Source of the DNA: a virus
Length of the DNA stretch: 64,000 bases
IMG/VR virus record: IMGVR_UViG_2788500300_000002
Location: 34,321 to 98,320 of that record
Direction: 5' to 3' (one strand)
Shown here: positions 40,021 to 49,719 of the stretch, one piece after another
Layout of the letters: each line of letters begins with the position of its first letter
Numbering within the stretch: position 1 is the first letter of the stretch
Translations under genes and position numbers: made by a program
The notes under the pieces: model-generated
Databases searched by the model: none
The model's input: the letters and a program-made list of their open reading frames with translations, nothing else
Told to the model about the DNA's origin: nothing

Positions 40021-41486
40021 GCCGCGCCGCACAGCCAAAGTTAGACCGGGAGACCTTGCGCCGCAGCATTGCGGCTAACTCCATGTCCGGCTTCGTCCGC
40101 TATACATATCCGTCATATCTCATGGGCTGGTGCCACGAAGAGATATGCTTGCGGCTGGATAGGTTTCTCGACGATGTGCGGGCGCGGCGCTCTCCGCGCC
40201 TCATTATCTGTATGCCGCCGCGCTCTGGAAAGTCAGAACTGGCCTCGCGCCGCTTCCCGGCCTATGCGTTCGGACGCGAGCCGAACATCAGCGTTATAGC
40301 GGCGTCCTACTCGGCGGACTTGGCGTCGCGTATAAACCGCGACGTGCAGCGCATAATGGACGATGCTCCATACTTAAGCATCTTCTCTGACACGCGACTC
40401 CCAGGGGCTAACGCGAGGACGGGGCGCAGCGGCTACGTCCGCAACAATGACATATTCGAGATAGTCGGCCACAACGGCAGTTATCGCAGCGCGGGCGTCG
40501 GCGGCGGCATTAACGGAATGGGCGCTGACATTATGATAATCGACGACCCTTTCAAATCGCGCGCCGAGGCGGACAGCCCGACGATACGGGAAAAGATATG
40601 GGACTGGTACACCTCGACGTTTTACACGCGCCTCGCGCCCGGCGGCGGCATACTCGTCATAGCCACGCGCTGGCACATGGACGACCTTACGGGACGGCTT
40701 ATCGAGGCCGCGAAGACAGGCGAGGGCGACCAGTGGGAGATAGTGGACTATCCCGCCATAGCGACGTGCGACGAAGCGCACCGCAAGAAGGGCGAGGCTC
40801 TTCACCCAGAGCGCTACCCGCTCGATCAGCTTATGCGCATCAAGGCCGCCATAGGCACGCGCGACTGGGAGGCGCTGTATCAGCAGCACCCGACAGTCGA
40901 GGGCGGCGCGGTGTTCCGCACTGAGTGGCTGAGGCTGTATAACCCGGCGGATCTGCCGCAGAGCTTCGACGAAACGATTATCTCATGGGATATGACCTTC
41001 AAAGAGGGCGACGACAAGGACTTCGTTGTCGGGCAGGTCTGGGCGCGCAAGGACGCGCGCTATTTCCTTCTCGACCAGGTGCGGCGGCAGATGGATTTTG
41101 TCGCCACTATGGAGGCGTTTGTCGCGTTGTCGCAGAAATACCCGCGCGCGCTAAAGAAGCTCGTTGAGGACAAGGCCAACGGCCCGGCGGTGATAAGCGC
41201 GCTCAAGTCTCACGTGCCGGGAATCGTGCCTATAGAGCCGGACGGTTCAAAGACGGCGCGGGCTTACGCGGTCACGCCGCTTTTCGAGGCTGGGAACGTA
41301 TATATCCCCAATCCGTCATGGTGCCAGTGGGCGCGCGAGTATATAGACGAGCTGACGCAGTTCCCGACGGCTGCGCACGACGACCAGGTTGACGCTACGA
41401 CGCAGGCGCTGAGGCAGTTCACGGCGCGCCCGTCTATCCGCATTAACCCCTCGATACTACAGCCGCGCGGACTATACAGGAGGTAA
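40017..41486 (+). CDS. terL: Terminase large subunit
   Basis: PPRSGKS Walker A, IIDDP, ATRWH, YQQHP, EDKANG, HDDQVDA. Confidence 0.93.
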   Translation: MSRAAQPKLDRETLRRSIAANSMSGFVRYTYPSYLMGWCHEEICLRLDRFLDDVRARRSPRLIICMPPRSGKSELASRRFPAYAFGREPNISVIAASYSADLASRINRDVQRIMDDAPYLSIFSDTRLPGANARTGRSGYVRNNDIFEIVGHNGSYRSAGVGGGINGMGADIMIIDDPFKSRAEADSPTIREKIWDWYTSTFYTRLAPGGGILVIATRWHMDDLTGRLIEAAKTGEGDQWEIVDYPAIATCDEAHRKKGEALHPERYPLDQLMRIKAAIGTRDWEALYQQHPTVEGGAVFRTEWLRLYNPADLPQSFDETIISWDMTFKEGDDKDFVVGQVWARKDARYFLLDQVRRQMDFVATMEAFVALSQKYPRALKKLVEDKANGPAVISALKSHVPGIVPIEPDGSKTARAYAVTPLFEAGNVYIPNPSWCQWAREYIDELTQFPTAAHDDQVDATTQALRQFTARPSIRINPSILQPRGLYRR

Positions 41487-41489
41487 GGC

Positions 41490-43115
41490 ATGAGCCGAAA
41501 ACAACGAAAACCAAAGGCGGCATACCGAACGCCGTCGATGAAGATAGCCGCGGAGGCTTTGTCGTCTCGCGGCGCGGGCGCGGGCGTTCTCACCCCCGGC
41601 GCAATCCGCGCCATGTTTCAGCCGTGCGAGACGCTGGGCTTCCGCGGTGCCGATAACGCCAGGATTGCGCAGGGCGCGGCGCTCGACTCCGCAGGCGTGT
41701 ACAACCTTTTGCAACACACGCTCTGCAACGGGATGCTCGCCTACGCGTCGCAGTTTGTGGGCTACGGCGTGCTGTCCAATCTCACGCAGGACGGGCTTAT
41801 CCGCTCCGGCGTCGAGATGCGTGCCGACGAAATGACGCGCAAGTGGATAGAGCTGACGTACAACGGCAAAGACCCGGCGGCGCAGAAAGAGCAGGAGCAG
41901 GAAATAGACGGCGGGCTTAACGGCTCGCCTTTTTTGTCGGGCGGCGTTGTCCCGGTAACGCCGGAGGCAGAGGGCGACAGCATTATCCAGACGCTCAACG
42001 GCGAGATGGAGGCGTTCGGGCTGAGGCGGCTGTTCCGCGAGGCCGCCGCGATGAGCGGCTACTTCGGCGGCTGTCTGGCTTACATTGACGTGGGCGACCT
42101 GACCGACGAAGACCTCAAAACCCCGCTGCGTCTTGACGCCGACACGTTCTCGCAGGGCTCGCTGCGCGGCTTCCGTCTCGTCGAGCCGTTCAACATCGCG
42201 CCTGGCTTCTACAACGCGAGCAACCCGGTCTCTGCGAGTTACTTCCGGCCTGAGACGTGGTACGTGCTTGGCACGGAGATACACGCCTCGCGCTTCCTGT
42301 ATTTCACCGAGAACCGCCCGCCGACGCTGCTGCTCCCGTCGTACAACTTCTTCGGCATCCCACTGGCGCAGATTGTGCTCGACGCGGTCACGCACTTCAC
42401 GAGCTGCCGCGAGGCAGAAGCGAGGCTGCTTACCAAGTTCAGCCTGACCGTCCTCAAGACGGATATGCAGGCGGTGCTTGCAGGCGGCGCGAGCGGAGAG
42501 ATTGACAAGCGCATAAGGTACTTCGTCCAGATGTGCGATAACGACGGCGTGGCGCTCATAGACAAGGACATGGAAGACATGATAAAGCTCGAAACTCCGC
42601 TCTCGGGCGTTACAGACATCGTGCGGCAGGCGATGGAGATAGTCGCGGCGATGTTCGGAGAGCCGGTCGTCAAGCTCTGGGGCGTCACCCCCGGTGGGCT
42701 AAACGCCACAGGCGACGCGGATATGCAGAACCATTACGACCATATCAACAGCATACAGGAGAAGATATTCCGTGAGCCGCTGAAACACGCGCTGGACATC
42801 TTACAGCTCAACAAGTTCGGCGTTATCGACGACGCTCTGACCTTCACCTTCCCGCCGCTCGGGGACGACGACGACAAGGCTGTAGCGGACACGCAGCTCG
42901 TCAAGGCCAACACTGCGGCGACGCTCTTCGACCGCGGCATCGTGAGCGGCGAGGAAGTACGCAAGGCGCTCGCGGAAGACCCGAAGAGCCAGTTTACAAA
43001 CATAGACCCGGGCGCGGAAGTGCCGGAGCCAGACCTCGCGCTCCCGATGGAGGGCGCGCAGGAGCCCGGGCGCTCAGACCTTGACGACCGCGACTTCGCC
43101 GGACAGGTCTACTAG
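41490..43115 (+). CDS. Portal protein (DUF1073-type)
   Basis: Position after terL; KLWG.TPGGLNATG.ADMQNHYD motif. Confidence 0.85.
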   Translation: MSRKQRKPKAAYRTPSMKIAAEALSSRGAGAGVLTPGAIRAMFQPCETLGFRGADNARIAQGAALDSAGVYNLLQHTLCNGMLAYASQFVGYGVLSNLTQDGLIRSGVEMRADEMTRKWIELTYNGKDPAAQKEQEQEIDGGLNGSPFLSGGVVPVTPEAEGDSIIQTLNGEMEAFGLRRLFREAAAMSGYFGGCLAYIDVGDLTDEDLKTPLRLDADTFSQGSLRGFRLVEPFNIAPGFYNASNPVSASYFRPETWYVLGTEIHASRFLYFTENRPPTLLLPSYNFFGIPLAQIVLDAVTHFTSCREAEARLLTKFSLTVLKTDMQAVLAGGASGEIDKRIRYFVQMCDNDGVALIDKDMEDMIKLETPLSGVTDIVRQAMEIVAAMFGEPVVKLWGVTPGGLNATGDADMQNHYDHINSIQEKIFREPLKHALDILQLNKFGVIDDALTFTFPPLGDDDDKAVADTQLVKANTAATLFDRGIVSGEEVRKALAEDPKSQFTNIDPGAEVPEPDLALPMEGAQEPGRSDLDDRDFAGQVY

Positions 43116-43126
43116 AAGGAGCGGAG

Positions 43127-44884
43127 ATGGCTGTTAAAAGGACGCTGAGGGCGGTACGTCCGGCTGCCGCGCTCGAGCGCGAGTACCGCGAGAAGCTGGA
43201 CAAGCTTATAGACGACATGCAGCGCTCGGTCATCTGGTGGATGCGCGCTGCTTACCGCAGGCGCGAAAACCAGATAACGCAGGACGCGGGCCCGGCGCGC
43301 GACTTGTCGCAGGAGCTGCAGAGCGTCATGCGCGACTGGCTCAAAAAGTACAACGAGGCCGCTGAGACGCTCGCACAGTGGTTCGCGGATAAGAACTCGC
43401 AGCACGTGCGCAACTCCACGCGCGAGGCATTCAAGGCGGCGGGGATAGCCGAGCTGTTCACGGTCAAATTCCGCTACATGAGCCGCCACGAGCGCGACGT
43501 GCTGCAGTCTATCATCATTGAGAACGTCAATCTGATAAAGTCCATACCTCAGCACTATTTTACGGAGGTGCAGGGGCTTGTGCAGCGGTGCGTGCAGAAC
43601 GGGCGAGACCTCGGCTATCTGACGGACGAGCTCGGCAAGCGCTACCAGATAACGCGCCGCCGCGCTGCAATGATAGCGCGCGACCAGACAAACAAGGCGA
43701 CGGAGAACCTGTCCCGCGCGCGTATGCAGAGCCTCGGGATAACGAAAGGCATCTGGATACACACCAGCGCCGGGAAGACGTACCGGCATACGCACGTGGA
43801 GATGAACGGCAAGGAGTTCGACCTCTCCAAAGGCATGTACGACAGCGCGGTGGGGCGCGAGGTGTTCCCGGGGGAGCTGGTGAACTGCTTCCCAGGCAAT
43901 TCAAAGTTGTATGGACTTCCGTTCGTAGAAAAGCTGTACAGGCGTTTTTACAGAGGCGAACTGACCGAGCTCGTTACGATAAACGGTGTAGTCCTTAGAG
44001 TAACACCGAATCATCCAATACTCACTCTTGAAGGGTGGAAGGCTGCCGGCCTCGTTGATTGCGGAGATTATATTTTCCAGATAGGCGCTAAGGACAGATA
44101 CGTCAGAGAACTCAATCGTTATGGGGCTATACCCACATTCGAGAATTTTTTTGAGGCGTTTGTTGGACATGGTGCTTCTGCCTCGATATTTGGTTGTGCC
44201 GAGTGTGACTTCCACGGCGACGTGTCCGATGGCGAAATCGACGTTATAGATGTCAATAGCTTTTTGACGGACAAAACGAAAACCTCTTTGTTCAAGAAAG
44301 GACGCGAGTTCGGTTTCACCAGGTCCGAAGTGAGAGGCATTGCCGGTGTCCTCTCGGGAGGATGCGTAATGACATCGTTGGCTATGGGGCATTTCTCCGC
44401 GACGAGCTTCACGGGCAGCGTGAGTAAGCGCTTGTCTGTATTCCTCGGTAGTCTCACGATAGCGGAGCTTGTTTGCCTCTTTTCCATTTCTCGGGGTAAT
44501 CCCAGCTCGCAGAATGCGACGACGAATGACATTGCGGGAACACCCAAAATGGCGGGCAATTTCCAGCTCGCTTACGCCGGACTTGTACATGGATATGACC
44601 TCATCTTCGGGGACAAGTGTTCTATCATCGGTTCGTCGGTTTCGTGGAATGGTGAATCCACGCTTCCTAACATGAATGGAGAGGTTGTCGGGGCAGACCC
44701 CCAGCTCTTCAGCAACCGTTTTAAGCATCTTACCTTCGGAGAGACGTTTTACCGCGTCGTTGATAAGCGCGTCAGTGAATTTTCTGGGCATGTTTATAAC
44801 CTCCAGACTTCGCTAGGTTGGTATATCGCAGACCATACCGTTGCGCATAATTGCCGTTGTACTTATAAACCTATTATATCATAG
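43127..44884 (+). CDS. MuF-like head morphogenesis protein containing an intein
   Basis: RAAMIARDQT, WIHT, R..H; PGELVN|C...HN|CRC junctions. Confidence 0.88.
   Translation: MAVKRTLRAVRPAAALEREYREKLDKLIDDMQRSVIWWMRAAYRRRENQITQDAGPARDLSQELQSVMRDWLKKYNEAAETLAQWFADKNSQHVRNSTREAFKAAGIAELFTVKFRYMSRHERDVLQSIIIENVNLIKSIPQHYFTEVQGLVQRCVQNGRDLGYLTDELGKRYQITRRRAAMIARDQTNKATENLSRARMQSLGITKGIWIHTSAGKTYRHTHVEMNGKEFDLSKGMYDSAVGREVFPGELVNCFPGNSKLYGLPFVEKLYRRFYRGELTELVTINGVVLRVTPNHPILTLEGWKAAGLVDCGDYIFQIGAKDRYVRELNRYGAIPTFENFFEAFVGHGASASIFGCAECDFHGDVSDGEIDVIDVNSFLTDKTKTSLFKKGREFGFTRSEVRGIAGVLSGGCVMTSLAMGHFSATSFTGSVSKRLSVFLGSLTIAELVCLFSISRGNPSSQNATTNDIAGTPKMAGNFQLAYAGLVHGYDLIFGDKCSIIGSSVSWNGESTLPNMNGEVVGADPQLFSNRFKHLTFGETFYRVVDKRVSEFSGHVYNLQTSLGWYIADHTVAHNCRCTYKPIIS
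43886..44851 (+). mobile_element. Intein (322 aa) inserted in the MuF N-CRC motif
   Basis: Starts CFPG; block B VTPNHPILT; ends HVYNL...AHN before +1 Cys; AT-richer than the flanks. Confidence 0.88.
43901..44791 (-). CDS. Antisense HTH plus DUF559/Vsr-like endonuclease nested in the intein
   Basis: 296-aa ORF; two HTH-like segments; E..L...L..RGF.F.RQ..I..YNVDFA...VAVEV; RBS GGAGGT 7 nt before the ATG. Confidence 0.78.
   Translation of the reverse strand: MPRKFTDALINDAVKRLSEGKMLKTVAEELGVCPDNLSIHVRKRGFTIPRNRRTDDRTLVPEDEVISMYKSGVSELEIARHFGCSRNVIRRRILRAGITPRNGKEANKLRYRETTEEYRQALTHAAREARRGEMPHSQRCHYASSREDTGNASHFGPGETELASFLEQRGFRFVRQKAIDIYNVDFAIGHVAVEVTLGTTKYRGRSTMSNKRLKKILECGYSPITIEFSDVSVLSAYLENIISAINEAGSLPPFKSEYWMIRCYSKDYTVYRNELGQFASVKTPVQLFYERKSIQL
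44873..44881 (-). promoter_or_regulatory. Extended -10 promoter pointing into the intein
   Basis: TGATATAAT on the minus strand about 80 bp upstream of the antisense ATG. Confidence 0.6.
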
Positions 44885-44932
44885 TGATTAGCTAGTAAGG
44901 CAACGCACGGAAACACACAAAGGAGTGATTGC

Positions 44933-46465
44933 ATGATACGGGACAGACCCCGCAGCGACCGCATTGCGTTCGACGCCGCGGCTAGCCGCCGTCATAAGGA
45001 CGACAACGGCTATCTGCACGTGGACGCGTCGAACATCACCAAGGAGCAGGTCGCGCCGTACTACGGCAATGAAATCCCCGACTGGCAGGGGCTGGGGCTC
45101 GAGCCTGGACGGCTCTACTACATGTACCGCCCCGCGGACGAGCTGGCGAAGGCTGCGGACAGCTTTAACGGGATGCCGCTGCTTTTCGAGCATCATCAGA
45201 CTAACGCCGCGTGCCCCGCTAAGGAGTATGTCATAGGCAGTCTCGGCACCGACGCGGAGTTCCGCTCGCCTTACGTCGTCAACTCACTGATTATCACGGA
45301 CGGCGAGGCGATAGACGCGATAGAGCGTGGGGACTACAAGGAGCTTTCCGCCGCTTATAAGTACACGCCCGTCATGCAGGGCGGCATCTTCGGCGGCGAG
45401 CATTACGACGGACGCATGACGGACATCAGGGCCAATCACGTCGCGCTAGTCAAAGAGGGGCGCGCGGGGCCGGACGTTGCCGTCGCGGACGCGAAACCTA
45501 AATCACTGGGGGCGCTGGCCCCTCAAAGGAGGACGCAAAAAGAGATGAAAAAAACGACCAAGAAGGGCGTGCTTGCCTTCGACGCAGTGCCCGCGATAGA
45601 GGGCATGGAAGTCAATCTCGCCGCAATGATGAAGGCCGTGCAGGTTGTGGAAGCGCAGCGCGAGGGGCTTGACCCGCGCACAATCAACCTCGACATAGAC
45701 GCGGGGGCAAGCATAGACGAGATCGTCGCCAAGTTCTTCCCCGAAGCGGACGAGGACGCGAAGGCCGGGATAGCGGCGATGCTCGAAGAGCTTAAATCCG
45801 CGCCCGCCACGGACACGGACGTTATTACCCCGGCAAAGGACGACGAGAAGGGCAGCCGCGAGTTCGCGGAGGGCGTCAAATACGGTGAAGAGCTTGAACG
45901 CGACCCGGAAGAGCGCCGGAAACTTGACCGCGAACACGAATCCGAAGGGATGCGCCGCGCTATGGACGAATGCGGCGTGGACGCGGACGACCCCGGAAGC
46001 TCCAAGGCCTTCGCTGAGGGCGTTAAGTACGGCGAGAACCTTATGCGCAACCGTGCGGAGCGTGAAAAGCTTGACCGCGAGCACGAGTCGGAAGGAATGA
46101 AGCGCGAACTGGAACACCAGCGCGAGGCGATGGACGCGGCTATCAAGAAAGCTAAAGAACAGGTCGCCGCGGACACGAAAGCCCACATCAAGGCGCTTTA
46201 CGCGGCCGCCAACGACTGCCGCCCAGTGCTCGGGATACTCGCCGACCCGATGGCGTTCGACAGCGCTGACGACATATACCGCAAGGCCCTGACGGCGGCA
46301 GGCGTAGATGTGCGCAACGTCCACCCGTCCGCGTTCCCGCAGATGCTTAAACTCGTGCGCGGCAACAAGAATAGGGCGGCGGGAGCCCCGCAGATGGCTA
46401 ACGACTCCGCGGGCGGCGACTTCCTCAAAGGCGCGTTTGACGGGCTCGCGCGAATCCAGAAGTAA
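44933..46465 (+). CDS. Prohead protease/scaffold (DUF2213-type)
   Basis: DDNGYLHV..SNITKEQVAPY, ELSAAY, NHVALV.EGRAGPDV.V.D. Confidence 0.88.
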   Translation: MIRDRPRSDRIAFDAAASRRHKDDNGYLHVDASNITKEQVAPYYGNEIPDWQGLGLEPGRLYYMYRPADELAKAADSFNGMPLLFEHHQTNAACPAKEYVIGSLGTDAEFRSPYVVNSLIITDGEAIDAIERGDYKELSAAYKYTPVMQGGIFGGEHYDGRMTDIRANHVALVKEGRAGPDVAVADAKPKSLGALAPQRRTQKEMKKTTKKGVLAFDAVPAIEGMEVNLAAMMKAVQVVEAQREGLDPRTINLDIDAGASIDEIVAKFFPEADEDAKAGIAAMLEELKSAPATDTDVITPAKDDEKGSREFAEGVKYGEELERDPEERRKLDREHESEGMRRAMDECGVDADDPGSSKAFAEGVKYGENLMRNRAEREKLDREHESEGMKRELEHQREAMDAAIKKAKEQVAADTKAHIKALYAAANDCRPVLGILADPMAFDSADDIYRKALTAAGVDVRNVHPSAFPQMLKLVRGNKNRAAGAPQMANDSAGGDFLKGAFDGLARIQK

Positions 46466-46479
46466 GGAGGCTGTGAACT

Positions 46480-47154
46480 ATGGCACTACAGAAATCGGTA
46501 AATCTTTATCAGGCTGCGGCGGTGCAGGGGGATAGGGCTTCGCAGAACCCGTTCGTCTACACTCCGCAGAACTACACCGCAGGGGCGGACATCACTGTCG
46601 GCTCGTTCGTCTGGGAGTCCGCCGAGGCTACAGACCCGAAGCAGGTACTCAACACCGGTACGGGCGCTCCGCTCGGTTTCGTCGAGCGCATTCTGGCGGT
46701 CTATAACTACGACCTGACCTCGGAAGGCACGCTGATAATCCCCAAAGGCCAGAACGTGACCGCCGTCGCGCTTCGTGGCGACTTCTATATTCCGGCAAAT
46801 ACGACAGTAACCGTCGGCATGGCGGTCTTCGCAAACACGACTACCGGCGCGGCCACTTTCGCGGAAGCGGGCAGCTCGCAGAGCGGCGCGGTCGAAACGT
46901 CGTGGCGCGCTATGACTGCAGGCAATGAGGGCGACATGATAATCATTTCCAACGAGGCCCCGGTTGTAGCTTCTTCCGGCGGCAGTTCGCCAGACCTCAG
47001 CTCTTACGCCAAGGCCGACCTCTCCAACGTGACTGGACAGCTCCCGATAGCCAACGGCGGCACCGGCGTGACCGCGGTAGGTACGGCGGGGCAGGTGCTT
47101 ACCGTCAACAGCGGCGCGGACGGCACGGAGTGGACGACCCCGACCGGAGCATAA
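46480..47154 (+). CDS. Head decoration/minor capsid protein
   Basis: Lies between scaffold and capsid; G..GD.AS.NP N-terminus. Confidence 0.65.
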   Translation: MALQKSVNLYQAAAVQGDRASQNPFVYTPQNYTAGADITVGSFVWESAEATDPKQVLNTGTGAPLGFVERILAVYNYDLTSEGTLIIPKGQNVTAVALRGDFYIPANTTVTVGMAVFANTTTGAATFAEAGSSQSGAVETSWRAMTAGNEGDMIIISNEAPVVASSGGSSPDLSSYAKADLSNVTGQLPIANGGTGVTAVGTAGQVLTVNSGADGTEWTTPTGA

Positions 47155-47178
47155 CGAGAGACAAGGAGTGATAACGAT

Positions 47179-48207
47179 ATGATTAACGTTTCCTTTGAGG
47201 CCGCCCGCGAGGGCGGTTTTATTTTCCCGCAGGCGCGCGCGTGGATGAACATCAAAGACCACGCCTATATGGAGCAGCTCGCACAGGACGCGGCGCTCAT
47301 CACCACGCCGAACACCGCCGTCCCTGCTGAAATCCTCGCCTATATTGACCCGATGGTCGTCGAGATTCTGACCGCCCCGAGGAACGCGAAGAAGATATTC
47401 CCCGAAGTCAAGAAAGGCGACTGGACGACCCCGTACTTCAAGTTCCGCGTGCAGGAGTACACGGGCGTGACGACGCCGTACAGCGACTATGCCGACGGCG
47501 GCGTTGCCGGAGTCAACGAGAACTGGCCGTCCCGCGAGCAGTATATATTCCAGACGACCATCAAGTACGGCGACCTCGAGTCCGACATGGCCTCCGTCGC
47601 GAAGATGAATCTCGCTTCGGAGAAACAGAAGGCGGCGGCGCGTATTATCGAGATAGACTCTAACCGTTTCTATCTCTTCGGCGTGCAGGGACGCGAAATA
47701 TACGGACTGCTCAACGACCCGAACCTCAACGCCTCGATAACGGCGGGCACAGCCGCAACCGGCGGCGGCACGGAGTGGGCGGACAAGACCGCCGACGAGA
47801 TATATAACGACGTGCTCGCGCTCGCGGCCTCGCTGCGTCAGAACTCGCAGGGCAACATCACCGAGGACACGCCGCTCGTGCTCGTACTCTCGCCGCAGAG
47901 CAATTCCCAGCTCGGCAAGATTAACCAGTTCGGGCTCTCCGTCCGCCAGATGCTCAAGAACGAGTACGGGGACAGGCTCGACTTCGTAGAGCTGCCGGAA
48001 CTCTACAACGCGACGAGCGGCAACACGATAATGCTCATCGCGAAGGAAATCCTCGGTATACCGACGGCGCAGCTCGCTTTCGGCGAGAAGTACCGCGCGC
48101 TCCCGGTCGTCCGCGAGCTGTCCAGCTACAAGCAGAAGGTCACGGCGACGACCTACGGCGCGATAGTCTATTACCCGTTCGCGATAGCGACGATGGAAGG
48201 GCTCTAA
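47179..48207 (+). CDS. Major capsid protein (DUF2184-type)
   Basis: Position, size, and the KGDW, YSDY and YGLLNDPNL motifs. Confidence 0.85.
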   Translation: MINVSFEAAREGGFIFPQARAWMNIKDHAYMEQLAQDAALITTPNTAVPAEILAYIDPMVVEILTAPRNAKKIFPEVKKGDWTTPYFKFRVQEYTGVTTPYSDYADGGVAGVNENWPSREQYIFQTTIKYGDLESDMASVAKMNLASEKQKAAARIIEIDSNRFYLFGVQGREIYGLLNDPNLNASITAGTAATGGGTEWADKTADEIYNDVLALAASLRQNSQGNITEDTPLVLVLSPQSNSQLGKINQFGLSVRQMLKNEYGDRLDFVELPELYNATSGNTIMLIAKEILGIPTAQLAFGEKYRALPVVRELSSYKQKVTATTYGAIVYYPFAIATMEGL

Positions 48208-48240
48208 TAGAGCCTTGATACAACAGGGGGTGCGCACACT

Positions 48241-48735
48241 ATGGCAACGGTAAAACGAAAAACATCAGCGGCAAAAATAAACACGACATCCTCAATCACC
48301 TCCCCTCCTTCTGTTGAGGCGGCAGAGCCTAAAAACTCCGCCGCCTCTTTTATTTCCGCACCGTCGCGGAAATATCAGGGGCGCGTGACCGTGTTTTACA
48401 ACTCGCCGCGCAGCATCATCTTCTCTGTGCTCGACTCTCACGGCGTCGAGCAGAAGCTGCTCATCAACGGCAACGCGACGAACCTGCGCGGGCTGCCGAA
48501 GGGCATACTGCCCGCGGCGGGGACTTTCGGGCGCACGCCGGACGTGGACGGAGGGCTATGGGAGGCCGTCGAGACGAAATACGCGAAGATGCCAGCTTTC
48601 CGCAACGGGCTGATTTTCGCGGTCTCGACCGAAGACGCGGCGAAGTCTGAGCTCAACGACAGGCGCGGGCTGCGCAACGGCTACGAGCCTATAGACCCGA
48701 AACGCGCGCGCACTGAGCCCAAGACCGACGACTAA
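48241..48735 (+). CDS. Hypothetical head-associated protein
   Basis: ORF between capsid and head-tail adaptor. Confidence 0.55.
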   Translation: MATVKRKTSAAKINTTSSITSPPSVEAAEPKNSAASFISAPSRKYQGRVTVFYNSPRSIIFSVLDSHGVEQKLLINGNATNLRGLPKGILPAAGTFGRTPDVDGGLWEAVETKYAKMPAFRNGLIFAVSTEDAAKSELNDRRGLRNGYEPIDPKRARTEPKTDD

Positions 48736-48752
48736 GAAAGGAGGCGCGCCGC

Positions 48753-49139
48753 ATGGCTGTTATCTCTTTCGACATCGCGGCGTTTCGCGCCGCCTATCCG
48801 CAGTTTGCGGACATATCGGACGAGCAGCTTCAAGGCTTCTGGGATGTAGCCTGCATTATCAGCGGGCTTAACCGCGACGGCTCCGTAATCAGCGACCTCG
48901 ACGCGCGTCAGGTCATACTCTTCATGCTCGTCTGCCACCTCGCGACGCTCTATCAGCGCGGGGCGGTAGTCGGGCCGCTCACGAGCGCGACCGAGGGCAG
49001 CGTGTCCTCCGGCTTCGCCGCACCGCCGTACACGCTCCAAAACTGGTGGTACTTGCAGACCCCTTGCGGGGCTGCGTACTGGGAGGCCATGAGGCCGTAC
49101 AGAGTGGGGGTGCGTTACTATGCCTACAAAGGTTGTTAA
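48753..49139 (+). CDS. Head-tail adaptor (DUF4054-type)
   Basis: FDIAAFRAAYPQF...CHLATL...SATEGSVS...QTPCG. Confidence 0.85.
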   Translation: MAVISFDIAAFRAAYPQFADISDEQLQGFWDVACIISGLNRDGSVISDLDARQVILFMLVCHLATLYQRGAVVGPLTSATEGSVSSGFAAPPYTLQNWWYLQTPCGAAYWEAMRPYRVGVRYYAYKGC

Positions 49140-49719
49140 AGTCACGGGCGGCGAGAAGTATAAAGCGCTGCTCGCGAAGATAGCCGCGCAGAAGGTCGGC
49201 GTTAAAGTCGGGATATTGCAGGGCTCGACGACGACGGAGGGGCAGTCTATAGTCCAGTACGCCGCCGCCCATGAGTTCGGCATGACTATCCCAATCCCAG
49301 AGCATACGCAGCTCATGCCTTTCCGTGAGGATAAAAAAACGGGCAAGCTGAAAATGGTAAAGCGTAAAAAGGCGACTATCTTACTTGAAGGACACGTAAA
49401 AAAATCGTCATTTACAATGCCGACACGCCCGTTCTTGCGGCAAACGGTCGAACACCGCCAGGAGGAATGGTGCAAGGAGCTTGCGCAGATGTTAAAGGGA
49501 GAAATCACCAAGGGAACGGCAAAACCCGCGATGCACAAAATCGGCGAGGCAATGAAAGCCGACGTTAAGAGGGAAATTGAATCCGGCAACTTTAAGGCAT
49601 TAAAGCCCGCAACTATCAAGGCCAAACTCAAGAGGGGCAAAACCTCCAACCCTGAACACCCGCTCATTGACACGGGCCAAATGATGGAAGCCGTCGATTA
49701 CGAGGTAGTCGAAGGATGA
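49120..49719 (+). CDS. Neck/tail completion protein
   Basis: AAAHEFG, PTRPFLR, HPLIDTGQM. Confidence 0.75.
   Translation: MPTKVVKVTGGEKYKALLAKIAAQKVGVKVGILQGSTTTEGQSIVQYAAAHEFGMTIPIPEHTQLMPFREDKKTGKLKMVKRKKATILLEGHVKKSSFTMPTRPFLRQTVEHRQEEWCKELAQMLKGEITKGTAKPAMHKIGEAMKADVKREIESGNFKALKPATIKAKLKRGKTSNPEHPLIDTGQMMEAVDYEVVEG

Noticed and set aside
49300-49700. AT-richer patch in the neck gene (and 54240-54850 in the tape measure)
   Set aside because: Ordinary phage mosaicism; no insertion boundaries or extra domain visible.
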